DNA of 41,833 bases from Vulcanimicrobiales bacterium (GTDB lineage Bacteria > Vulcanimicrobiota > Vulcanimicrobiia > Vulcanimicrobiales > Vulcanimicrobiaceae). The stretch is from contig JBBQQR010000021.1 of NCBI GenBank assembly GCA_038215615.1, forward strand, positions 1 to 41,833, given 5' to 3'. This document shows, piece after piece, positions 24,793 to 33,183 of this stretch; position 1 is the stretch's first letter, and each line of letters starts with the position of its first letter. The notes under the pieces were generated by a model. That model saw only the letters and a program-made list of their open reading frames with translations. It searched no databases and had not been told where the DNA came from. Made by a program: the position numbers and the translations under genes.

Positions 24793-26065
24793 CGTCGAGT
24801 TCGAAAAGCTCCTGAAGCAGCTTGGCGTGCGTGATCGCCTCGGAGCCTTCTTCCGAAGCCTTTTCGCGCAGCTTCGTCACCACCGTGTGCAAGAGTTTGG
24901 AGATGATCGTCAGCGATGCGCCGGTCATCAGCATCTTGTCGCGCTCGCCCAGATCCGGAAGGCGCGCGAACAGCCGGTCCAACTCGGCGGCTCGGATAGC
25001 TTCGGCTTTTTGCGTGAGCGATGCAATCACGGGAACCGTGGCGCGCGCTTTATACCACTGCCGGAACCGGTCGACGTATTCGCTTACAATCTCTTCGACT
25101 TGCGGAACCGCTTCGCGGCGAACCTCGAGTTTTTCGTCAACGTGCGTCTTCAGGCCATCGATGTCGACCAGCGTTACACTGGGCAGCTCGCCAACCGCGG
25201 GATGCGCGTCGCGTGGAACGGCAATGTCGATGATGAAGAGCGGACGTTCCGTGCGCGTTGCCAGCGCTTGCGCCACAATCTCGGGCGTCAGAACGAAGTG
25301 CGTAGCGCCCGTCGATGTGATGACGATGTCGGCTGCGCTCAGCGCGTTGCGGAGTTCACCCGGCTCGAGCGCTTCGCCCGCGCCGATCTGCGCGATCACT
25401 TCGCGCGTGCGTTCCAGCGTGCGGCTCAGAACCGCGACGTTGTGCGCGCCTTCGCGGCGAAAACGCTTCGCGGCGGCTCCGCCCATCTTGCCGGCGCCGA
25501 TGACGAGAACGCGGCGCCCTTCGAGCGACCCAAAACGCCGCTTCGCCAAATCGATGGCGGCGGTCGCGACCGACGGCGACTCTTCGCCGATGCGCGTCTG
25601 AGTGCGCGCGGCTTTACCGGCGCTCATCGCTTCACGCAGAAGCTTGTGCAAGACTTCGCCCGCGGAGTTTGCTTCGCGCGCCGCGGCATACGCTTCTTTG
25701 ACTTGACCCAGAATCTCGGCTTCGCCAATCAGCATCGAGTCGAGTCCGGTGCTGACGCGAAAGAGATGTTCGACGGCTTCGCCTCCGAGCAGCGTGTACA
25801 AGTACGATTCCAGATCGTAGGCGACCGAGCCGTGACGGAAATGCTGGAGGAATGACTTGAGCTGCGCGACGCCGGCCTCGTAGTCGGCAACCTCGGCATA
25901 AATCTCGAGGCGTCCGCACGTCTGCAGCATCAGCGCTTCGCGCACCGCTTCGTAGTCGCGCAGCGCGACGAGCGCTTCGCTCATGCGTTCGGCCGGAAAG
26001 ACGTGGCGCTCGCGAACCTCGACGGGCGCGGTATTGTGCGAAAGGCCGAGACACACCAGCGGCAT
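24779..26065 (-). CDS. hemA: Glutamyl-tRNA reductase
   Basis: Start MPLVCLGLSHNTAPVEVRE at ATG 26065; TCGRLEIY, GLDSMLIGEAEILGQVK, GAGKMG, DIAVPRD. Confidence 0.95.
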   Translation of the reverse strand: MPLVCLGLSHNTAPVEVRERHVFPAERMSEALVALRDYEAVREALMLQTCGRLEIYAEVADYEAGVAQLKSFLQHFRHGSVAYDLESYLYTLLGGEAVEHLFRVSTGLDSMLIGEAEILGQVKEAYAAAREANSAGEVLHKLLREAMSAGKAARTQTRIGEESPSVATAAIDLAKRRFGSLEGRRVLVIGAGKMGGAAAKRFRREGAHNVAVLSRTLERTREVIAQIGAGEALEPGELRNALSAADIVITSTGATHFVLTPEIVAQALATRTERPLFIIDIAVPRDAHPAVGELPSVTLVDIDGLKTHVDEKLEVRREAVPQVEEIVSEYVDRFRQWYKARATVPVIASLTQKAEAIRAAELDRLFARLPDLGERDKMLMTGASLTIISKLLHTVVTKLREKASEEGSEAITHAKLLQELFELDVVDR

Positions 26066-26066
26066 C

Positions 26067-26753
26067 TTAGTTCGTGTACCCTCGCGCAAAGCTCAAACGG
26101 TGGGTGAGGATAGAAAGCTCGCCCGCAAGATCGATGTTGCGCACGATGACGGGCTGCCGCACGCGCAGCGAGACCGGCGCGAAGTTCAGCAAGGCCCGGA
26201 CCCCGCTCTGCGCGAGTCGCGCGGCAATCGCTTGCGCGGCGCCGGCCGGCACGGCGATAACGCCGATCTGTGCATCGACGCGCGCAAGCGCAGTTTCAAG
26301 CGACGCTGCGTCCTCCACTGGAACGCCCTGCCACTCTTGTCCGATGACCGATGGAGAGTTATCGAAAATTGCCGCAACTTTGAATCGTTCCTCGCGGGCC
26401 GCCAAAAAAGTGGCGAACGCGTGTCCCAGAAAGCCGAAGCCGGCAATGGCGATGCGCCAGTCACGCTCTAATCCTAAGACCAGCGCCAGCTGATCGATCA
26501 ACGGTTTTATCGCATAGCCCTGTCCGCGCCGCCCGAGTGGACCGAGCGCCGAGAGATCTTTGCGGATTTGGGTCGAGGAGATCGTGTGTCCGAGCAGGTC
26601 GGCCAGCCCGATAGAGGTGACGACCGTCTTCCCCGCCGCCTCGGCCTGCGCGAGCGCCCGGTGGTAGGCGAAGAGTCGCGGAATTGCGACGTCGCTCTGT
26701 GCGATCCGCAAGGCGCCCGGTGTTAATAGCGTTGCGGCGGCCGGCTCGATCAT
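26067..26753 (-). CDS. rex: Redox-sensing transcriptional repressor Rex (divergent)
   Basis: RL..Y.RAL, QIRKDLS..G..GRRGQGY, Rossmann IAGFGFLG, IAVP..AAQ, LNFAP, IDL..EL. Confidence 0.88.
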   Translation of the reverse strand: MIEPAAATLLTPGALRIAQSDVAIPRLFAYHRALAQAEAAGKTVVTSIGLADLLGHTISSTQIRKDLSALGPLGRRGQGYAIKPLIDQLALVLGLERDWRIAIAGFGFLGHAFATFLAAREERFKVAAIFDNSPSVIGQEWQGVPVEDAASLETALARVDAQIGVIAVPAGAAQAIAARLAQSGVRALLNFAPVSLRVRQPVIVRNIDLAGELSILTHRLSFARGYTN

Positions 26754-28054
26754 CGCGCGGCCACCGCTTCGAGCTGCGCGAGCGAATCGTCGGCTGCCGA
26801 GATCGTGCGTTCGATTTCGCGCGTGGTATGCGCCGACGAGACGAAGAGCGATTCGAACTGCGAAGGCGGCAGATACACGCCGCGATCGAGCATGGCGTGA
26901 AAGTATCGCGCGTACGCGGCCGTGTCCGAACGAAGGGCTCCGTCGAGATCGCGTACGGGCTCGCGGTTAAAAAAGACGCACAGCATCGCACCGGCGTGCG
27001 CCGTCGTCAGCGGAACTTCGTGCTTGGCAAAAACTTCGGAAAGACCGTCGCAGAGCAGTTTCGAGAGCACCTCGAGCCGTTCGTAAAATGTCGGATCGTT
27101 TGCAATCGCGCGCAACGCGGCGATGCCCGCCGCCATCGCGAGGGGATTTCCCGAAAGCGTGCCGGCCTGATAGACCGCGCCGTCGGGCGCGAGTTCGCAC
27201 ATGATCTGCGCACGGCCGCCGAAAGCGCCGACCGGGAGTCCGCCCCCGATCACTTTGCCAAGCGTCGTGATATCCGGCGTTACGCCTTCGCGCTGCTGTG
27301 CTCCGCCGCGTGCGACGCGAAATCCGGTCATCACTTCATCGAAGATCAGCAGCGCGCCGTGCCGGTCGCACAGCGCCCGCAATGTCTGTAAAAATCCCGG
27401 AACGGGCGGGATCAATCCCATGTTGCCCGCGTAGGGCTCGACAACGATCGCCGCGATTCTGCCGGCGTGCTGCTCGAAAGCGGCCGCGACTGCCGCGGCG
27501 TTGTTGTACGGCAACACGATCGTGTCCGCGGCGACGCTCGCCGGTACGCCGGGCGAATCCGGTATGCCGTTGGTGATCGCTCCGCTGCCCGCCGCGATGA
27601 GAAATGCATCTCCGTGGCCGTGATAGCAGCCGGCGAATTTTACGATCGCGTCGCGCCCCGTGAAGCCGCGCGCGAGCCGCACGGCGCTCATTGTGGCTTC
27701 GGTACCGCTCGACGTGAAGCGAATGCGCTCGATCGAGGGCACCATCGACGCGATGAGTTCGCCCAGCTCCGACTCGGCTTCGGTCGGCGTTCCGAAAGAC
27801 GTTCCGCGACCCGCCGCTTGCACGATTGCCTTCACGACGCCCGAGTTGGCGTGCCCCAATAGCGCCGCACCCCACGACAAAACGTAATCGACGTATTCGT
27901 GTCCGTCGAGATCGTAAAGAAACGGACCGGAGCCGCGCTGCATGAAGACGGGCGATCCGCCGACGGCGCGAAATGCGCGCACCGGAGAATTCACGCCGCC
28001 CGCAATAATTTCGCGCGCGCGCGCAAACGCCGAAATCGAGCGTTCTAATCTCAA
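26750..28054 (-). CDS. hemL: Glutamate-1-semialdehyde 2,1-aminomutase
   Basis: GGVNSPVRAF, SGTEATMSA, GCYHGH, FDEVMTGFR, TLGKVIGGGLP, YQAGTLSGNPLAM, PSQFE. Confidence 0.97.
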   Translation of the reverse strand: MRLERSISAFARAREIIAGGVNSPVRAFRAVGGSPVFMQRGSGPFLYDLDGHEYVDYVLSWGAALLGHANSGVVKAIVQAAGRGTSFGTPTEAESELGELIASMVPSIERIRFTSSGTEATMSAVRLARGFTGRDAIVKFAGCYHGHGDAFLIAAGSGAITNGIPDSPGVPASVAADTIVLPYNNAAAVAAAFEQHAGRIAAIVVEPYAGNMGLIPPVPGFLQTLRALCDRHGALLIFDEVMTGFRVARGGAQQREGVTPDITTLGKVIGGGLPVGAFGGRAQIMCELAPDGAVYQAGTLSGNPLAMAAGIAALRAIANDPTFYERLEVLSKLLCDGLSEVFAKHEVPLTTAHAGAMLCVFFNREPVRDLDGALRSDTAAYARYFHAMLDRGVYLPPSQFESLFVSSAHTTREIERTISAADDSLAQLEAVAAR

Positions 28055-28638
28055 AGGTGAAGTCCTAACAATGCATCGCGCTCCGCGATCGTGTTGATGC
28101 CGGCCAGCGCGCGTTCGTCAGGAAAGCCGACCCGCCGGTGAACGAGCCTTTCGACGACCGCGCGCACGGCTCCCGACCCGGTCGCCAGCTCGGAACAGCC
28201 CCCCCGCAAGAACGCTGCGCGCGAGTAGATCGCGCAGAGCGGCTCGAGCCGGCCATTCCGCTCCGCGACGACGGCCTCCAGTTGCGGCTCCCAAGCCGCC
28301 AGCAGGCGGTCGAAAACGCTGCGGTCGACCAACGGCGCGTCCCCGGCGACGGTGAAGCACAGCGGCTGCAAGACGCTTTCAAAGGTAGAGACGATTCCGC
28401 CCAGGGGTCCGCGGCCGGGCTGGAGATCGGGCACGACCGGGCAGTCGAGTTCACGCGCGATTTTTTCGCCGAACGCCGCGTTGGCTGAGACGTACACCGG
28501 CCCGATCGATCGCACGTTGCGGTAAACGCGCAGCAGCAGCGGCACTCCGCCGACGTCGCTCTCGAGTTTGCCCGGAAAGCGCGTGGCTGCTCCACCGGCG
28601 AGTATGACGACCCCGATATCAGCGGCTGCGGGCTGCAT
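28051..28638 (-). CDS. mobA: Molybdenum cofactor guanylyltransferase (MobA-like)
   Basis: ATG 28638; ILAGGAATRFPGK, PDLQPGRGPLGGI, VAGDAP, EPLCAIY, GINT. Confidence 0.82.
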   Translation of the reverse strand: MQPAAADIGVVILAGGAATRFPGKLESDVGGVPLLLRVYRNVRSIGPVYVSANAAFGEKIARELDCPVVPDLQPGRGPLGGIVSTFESVLQPLCFTVAGDAPLVDRSVFDRLLAAWEPQLEAVVAERNGRLEPLCAIYSRAAFLRGGCSELATGSGAVRAVVERLVHRRVGFPDERALAGINTIAERDALLGLHL

Positions 28639-29608
28639 ACTCTTTGGCAAAATAGGTGATGACGATGTTCGCTCCGGCGCGCGCGAAGCTGACGAGCATC
28701 TCGTGCACCGCGCGTTCCTCGTCGATCCAGCCATTGAGCGCCGCGGCCTTGATCATCGAATATTCGCCGCTGACGTTGTAAACGGCAATCGGCAAGTCGA
28801 AGCGATCGCGCGCAGCTCGCACCACATCGAGGTACGCGAGCGCCGGCTTGATCATCAGGATGTCGGCGCCTTCTTGCGCGTCGAGCGTCATCTCGCGCAG
28901 CGCTTCCCGTACGTTAGATGGATCCATTTGATACGTTCGGCGATCGCCGAACTGCGGCGTCGACCCGGCCGCTTCGCGAAACGGACCGTAAAATGCCGAC
29001 GCGTACTTCGCGCTATACGCCATGATCGCGGTCTCTTCAAAATCTTCGGCGTCGAGCGCTTCGCGAATCGCGCCGACCCGGCCGTCCATCATGTCGGATG
29101 GCGCGACCACATCCACGCCGGAGCGCGCGTACGTCAAGGCGGTGCGCGCCAGTATTTCTACCGTTGAGTCGTTGTCCACGTCGCCGCGCTCGTTCAGGAC
29201 CCCGCAGTGTCCGTGATCGGTGTACTCGCAGTTGCAGAGATCCGCGATCACGATCATGTGCGGCAAAGCACGCTTGATCTCGCGTGCCGTTTGCTGCACG
29301 ACCCCGTCGGGATCGAAATTCTTGCTGCCGCGCGCGTCTTTTGTTTGGGGAATTCCGAAGAGCAGAACGGAACCTAGTCCGAGCGCGTCGAGCGTGCGCG
29401 CTTCGCGCACGGCGCTTTCAACCGTGTACCGCTCGATGCCGGGCATCGACGCGATCGGTCCGGCCTGGTCGGGATTTTCGACGACGAAGAGCGGCTGCAC
29501 GAGCTGCGCGGGATCGGTGCGGTGCTCGCGCACGAGCTCGCGCATGGCGCCGTTCCGGCGCAGCCGCCGCGGACGGATCGTTTGGCGACGTTTTGGGAGT
29601 GTTTTCAG
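28619..29608 (-). CDS. hemB: Porphobilinogen synthase (Zn-type ALA dehydratase); probable CTG start
   Basis: CNCEYTDHGHCG, PSDMMDGR, YASAFYGPFREA, IKPAL, YNVSGEY. The conserved RPRRLR lies upstream of the first ATG (29545), and CTG 29608 follows an AAGGAG SD. Confidence 0.95.
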   Translation of the reverse strand: MKTLPKRRQTIRPRRLRRNGAMRELVREHRTDPAQLVQPLFVVENPDQAGPIASMPGIERYTVESAVREARTLDALGLGSVLLFGIPQTKDARGSKNFDPDGVVQQTAREIKRALPHMIVIADLCNCEYTDHGHCGVLNERGDVDNDSTVEILARTALTYARSGVDVVAPSDMMDGRVGAIREALDAEDFEETAIMAYSAKYASAFYGPFREAAGSTPQFGDRRTYQMDPSNVREALREMTLDAQEGADILMIKPALAYLDVVRAARDRFDLPIAVYNVSGEYSMIKAAALNGWIDEERAVHEMLVSFARAGANIVITYFAKEYAARSR

Positions 29609-31449
29609 TTGGAGCGCTCCTTGGAAGCAAGATGTTCGCGGATTGCGTCGACCAACGCGTCGATGGCCGCTTCGGGCGCCACCAGGTCCGGGGTAAATCC
29701 GGCCGCGTGCGCCGCCGCCGAACTGGCCGGGCCCATGGCGGCGACCGCCGGACGCCGTTCGAACCGGTGCACGCGCGCCAAATACTCTGCCGCCGCCTCG
29801 ACCGATCCGCTGGACGGGAACACAATAAGGTCGGGCACCCGCTGACCCAGGCCCGACGGTTCGGCTTCACCGGAGCGCATCTCGAGCACCTCCGCCCCGT
29901 CCGCGCGCAACAACGAGGCGATGCGGCTGGCGCGCTCTTGCGTGCGAGGGAGCACTACGAGCCTGCCGTCCAGCCTATGGCCTTTGCCCACGTTCAGCGC
30001 GGCCGCCAGCTCTGCCCCGAGAGCTTCGGCTTGGTCCGGCGTCTCGACGGGCCGGCTCAGCCGGGCGCGAACGATCGCCGCGCCCTCCGCTTCGGCAAGG
30101 GCGCCGAACGCTTCGAGTTCGCCGCCGGAAAAACGCGCGTGAATGCCGATCGGCGCCTGGCAGCCGCCGCGCAATGCGCGCAACGCCGCGCGTTCGCACA
30201 AGATGGCAAGTTCCGCGGAGCGATCGTTCACCGCGTCGCAAATCTCACTCTCGAGCTCGCCGCCGGCGAGAATCTCGACTGCCAGCGAACCTTGTCCAGC
30301 GGCCGGCACCATTTCGGTGAGTGCGAACGGTCGCATATGTGTGGCGCTCGCGCGCAAACGCTCCAAACCGGCAGCCGCTAGAACGATCGCGTCGTATTCG
30401 CCGTCGCGCAGCTTCCTTAGGCGCGTGTCGACGTTGCCGCGAACGTCCGCGTAGTCCAGATCTTTGCGCAGCGCGAGCAATTGCGCGCGCCGCCTAGCGC
30501 TCGACGTGCCCACGCGCGCGCCCGGCGGAAGTGCGGCCAGACTTTCGAACCGGTCGCTGCAGAAGACGTCGCGCGGATCTTTGCGCACGGAAATCGCGGC
30601 GATGCGCATATCGGCAGGCAATTGGGTCGGAAGGTCTTTGCACGAATGTACCGCGTATTGCGCGCGCCCTTCGCGAATCGCGATCTCCAGTTCTTTCACG
30701 AATAGGCTTTCGGATCCGATCGCGGCGATCGAGCGGTCCACAATGCGATCGCCTGTCGTCGTCACGGTTAGAAACGTCGTCGCAATTCCGCGCCGCGCCA
30801 GCAGGGCCGCAACCGTACGTGCTTGGATCATCGCCAGCGCGCTCGTGCGCGTTGCGCAGATGGCCGCTCTCACGTTCATCGTCGCGAGCCGGTCGATCGG
30901 GAGCTGCGCCAGCTCGCGCAGCGTGCCGGCGCGTTCGTTTTCGGAAAGCTCGCCCTTGGCGTAGTCGCGCATATGTTCGAGTGTTTTTAGCGCTTCCGCA
31001 TATGAGTCGTCGAAGTGCTCGCGCAATTCGGAGGCGAGTCTTTTTGCGAACGCCGGCGCGGCGCCGCCGGTGTCGATTGCAAACGTCAGGTTGCCGATCT
31101 GCACGGTTGCCGAGGTGGCGAAATCGCCCCGCTCGGCCTTCGACGCATCGCAGACCAGAACGCGGGCGGTACGCGCGTCGGCGCAGACGGCTTCGTTCAC
31201 CGTGTCGTCGGAGGTGGCGGCGATCGCGAGAAAGGCTCCGTCGAGGTCGGCTGATTCATAACCGCGTTCGCGCAATTCGAAGCCGTGCCGGCCGGCCGCT
31301 TCGCGCAGACCCGGCCCGATTTCGGGCGCAACGACGCGGACGCGAGCTCCGGCAGCCTGGAGGGCCGCGGCCTTCTTGCGCGCGACTTCGCCGCCGCCGG
31401 CCACCACCGCCAGGCGGTCGCGAACGTAGAGCGTCACGGGAAACGACAT
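29605..31449 (-). CDS. hemC: Fusion: precorrin-2 dehydrogenase/ferrochelatase (SirC/CysG-N-like) + hydroxymethylbilane synthase + partial HemD-like domain
   Basis: ATG 31449. N-terminal part has VAGGGEVARKK and IAAT. HemC part has TRTSALAMIQ, TTGD, AVHSCKDLP, GTSSARR, RGNVDTRL and GGCQAPIG. The C-terminal ~120 aa are HemD-like (LIVFPSSGSV, AMGPASS). Confidence 0.9.
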   Translation of the reverse strand: MSFPVTLYVRDRLAVVAGGGEVARKKAAALQAAGARVRVVAPEIGPGLREAAGRHGFELRERGYESADLDGAFLAIAATSDDTVNEAVCADARTARVLVCDASKAERGDFATSATVQIGNLTFAIDTGGAAPAFAKRLASELREHFDDSYAEALKTLEHMRDYAKGELSENERAGTLRELAQLPIDRLATMNVRAAICATRTSALAMIQARTVAALLARRGIATTFLTVTTTGDRIVDRSIAAIGSESLFVKELEIAIREGRAQYAVHSCKDLPTQLPADMRIAAISVRKDPRDVFCSDRFESLAALPPGARVGTSSARRRAQLLALRKDLDYADVRGNVDTRLRKLRDGEYDAIVLAAAGLERLRASATHMRPFALTEMVPAAGQGSLAVEILAGGELESEICDAVNDRSAELAILCERAALRALRGGCQAPIGIHARFSGGELEAFGALAEAEGAAIVRARLSRPVETPDQAEALGAELAAALNVGKGHRLDGRLVVLPRTQERASRIASLLRADGAEVLEMRSGEAEPSGLGQRVPDLIVFPSSGSVEAAAEYLARVHRFERRPAVAAMGPASSAAAHAAGFTPDLVAPEAAIDALVDAIREHLASKERSN

Positions 31450-31493
31450 CGGTGCGCATGACTTCGCTGCACGACTGCCCAAAACTGCACCGG

Positions 31494-33149
31494 ATGCGTA
31501 CTCCTTGGCGCGCCGCACTCATTGGAGCGGCGGTCGCCGCGCTGGTCACGCTGCCGGGCCTGGGCAGCGGCACGCTTTGGGATAACAGCGAGACCGCCTA
31601 CGGCGAAGTCGCCCGCGAGATTTTTCTGGCTCGCGACTGGATCGTTTTGCACTTCAACGGCGATCCGTGGTTCGTTCAGCCGCCGCTCTATTTTTGGATC
31701 GCGGCGATCTGCGCGAAAATCTTCGGCGTGACAACGTTAGCGCTGCGTCTGCCGGCCGCCCTCGCGACGATCGCGATGGGCGCGATGACGGCATATGCGG
31801 TGGCCCGGCAAGCCGGAATGCGCGCGGGTATTTATGCGGGCGTCATTCTTTCGACGTGCCTGATGCAGGCGATCGTCGGCCGGCTCGCCATCATGGACGC
31901 GCTGCTGGACCTTTCCGTGGCCGCCACGATCTTCTGGTGGTTCCGCGCGGTGCAAACGGGCGAAGATTCTTACTACATCTATGGCTGGATCGCGGCGGCC
32001 TTCGGATTTTTGGCGAAAGGTCCCGTTGCGCCGGTTGTCGCGCTCCTTGTGATCGTTCCGTATTATCTGTGGGAAAGACGCGCCACGCACGCGCGGCCGC
32101 CCAGTTGGCGCGCATGGGCGGGCGGCATTGTGCTCTTTGCGGTTATCGTGCTGCCGTGGCTCGTGGTGCTCTGGCAGCGCGCGGGCAGTACTTCGATCGC
32201 CGAGCTCCTTGGGCATTACACGTTCGGCCGCTACACCGGAACGATCGAGAGTCAGAGCGGCCCCGTATGGTATTACTTGCCGGTTATCATTTTAGGATTC
32301 TTTCCGTGGATCGCGTTCTTGCCGTCGGCCATTGCGTCGGCCGTGCGCAGGCTGCGGGATCCTGCGGTTACGACCGAAGAACGGCGCTTGCACCAGCTCG
32401 TTCGGCTCGCGATTGTGTGGATCGTACTTCCATTGGTTTTCTTTAGCTTCGCGCGGACGAAGCTTCCGAACTACATCGCGCTCGAACTGCCGGCACCGGC
32501 GCTGCTGGTCGCGCTCTATTTCGAAACGGCGCTCGAGCGCGCGCGCAGCCGTTCGGCGCTGATTTCAACGGCCGCGGTGCCGCTGACGATTCTGCTGGTC
32601 GCATTCGCGATCGTCATGTTCTCGCGCGACAACCGGCTGAATATCGAGCTGGCCGTCGCGGCGCGGAGTTTGATCTGGGTCGGCGGCGCGATCTTCGCGG
32701 GCTCGATCGTCAGCTTCGGGCTGCTCTTGGGCCGCTCGCGCGCATTCGCCGCGCCTTACGTACTCGCGTTTTCAATGGCGACCGCGATCGGCTTGCTGGC
32801 ACTGCTGGTGCTGCCGCAGGCCGAACAATTCAAACCCGTTCCGCATTTGGCGGCGCTGATCGACAGCCGCCGGCTTCCCGGTGATGACGTTGCGATACAA
32901 AACCTGGCCGGCGGCAACGCCCTGATCTTTTATACGCGTCCGGTCGTCTACGTTTTTGCGCGGCCGGGCGAGCCGATTGCTAACGGCACGGCCAACCCGC
33001 GCAACATTATCTGCGGCGCGCAGCGGCTCTGGCTGATCGCCCCCCGTCACAAGCCGTTCACGCAAAACACGTTCGGACGCAAACGCACGCTCGTCACGAC
33101 GTGGGGCGAAGCGAATCTCTACTTGTATACCGGTCCGACGTGCGCGTAA
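31494..33149 (+). CDS. ArnT/PMT-family (GT-C) membrane glycosyltransferase
   Basis: ATG 31494; LWDNSETAYGEVARE, QPPLYFW, RLPAAL, FLAKGP, PVWYYL, FFPW, TKLPNY. Confidence 0.9.
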   Translation: MRTPWRAALIGAAVAALVTLPGLGSGTLWDNSETAYGEVAREIFLARDWIVLHFNGDPWFVQPPLYFWIAAICAKIFGVTTLALRLPAALATIAMGAMTAYAVARQAGMRAGIYAGVILSTCLMQAIVGRLAIMDALLDLSVAATIFWWFRAVQTGEDSYYIYGWIAAAFGFLAKGPVAPVVALLVIVPYYLWERRATHARPPSWRAWAGGIVLFAVIVLPWLVVLWQRAGSTSIAELLGHYTFGRYTGTIESQSGPVWYYLPVIILGFFPWIAFLPSAIASAVRRLRDPAVTTEERRLHQLVRLAIVWIVLPLVFFSFARTKLPNYIALELPAPALLVALYFETALERARSRSALISTAAVPLTILLVAFAIVMFSRDNRLNIELAVAARSLIWVGGAIFAGSIVSFGLLLGRSRAFAAPYVLAFSMATAIGLLALLVLPQAEQFKPVPHLAALIDSRRLPGDDVAIQNLAGGNALIFYTRPVVYVFARPGEPIANGTANPRNIICGAQRLWLIAPRHKPFTQNTFGRKRTLVTTWGEANLYLYTGPTCA

Positions 33150-33183
33150 GCGTCCATGACACTACGCGCCCTCTCTTGGCGAT

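Noticed and set aside
24767..25855. 362-aa plus-strand ORF antisense to hemA (and similar ORFs at 29284-30381 and 22233-23348)
   Set aside because: Shadow ORFs expected at this GC content.
30531..31493. N-terminal 321-aa extension of the ArnT ORF (872 aa in the track)
   Set aside because: Overlaps the hemC fusion on the opposite strand and is low-complexity Arg-rich; the family-like sequence begins at ATG 31494.
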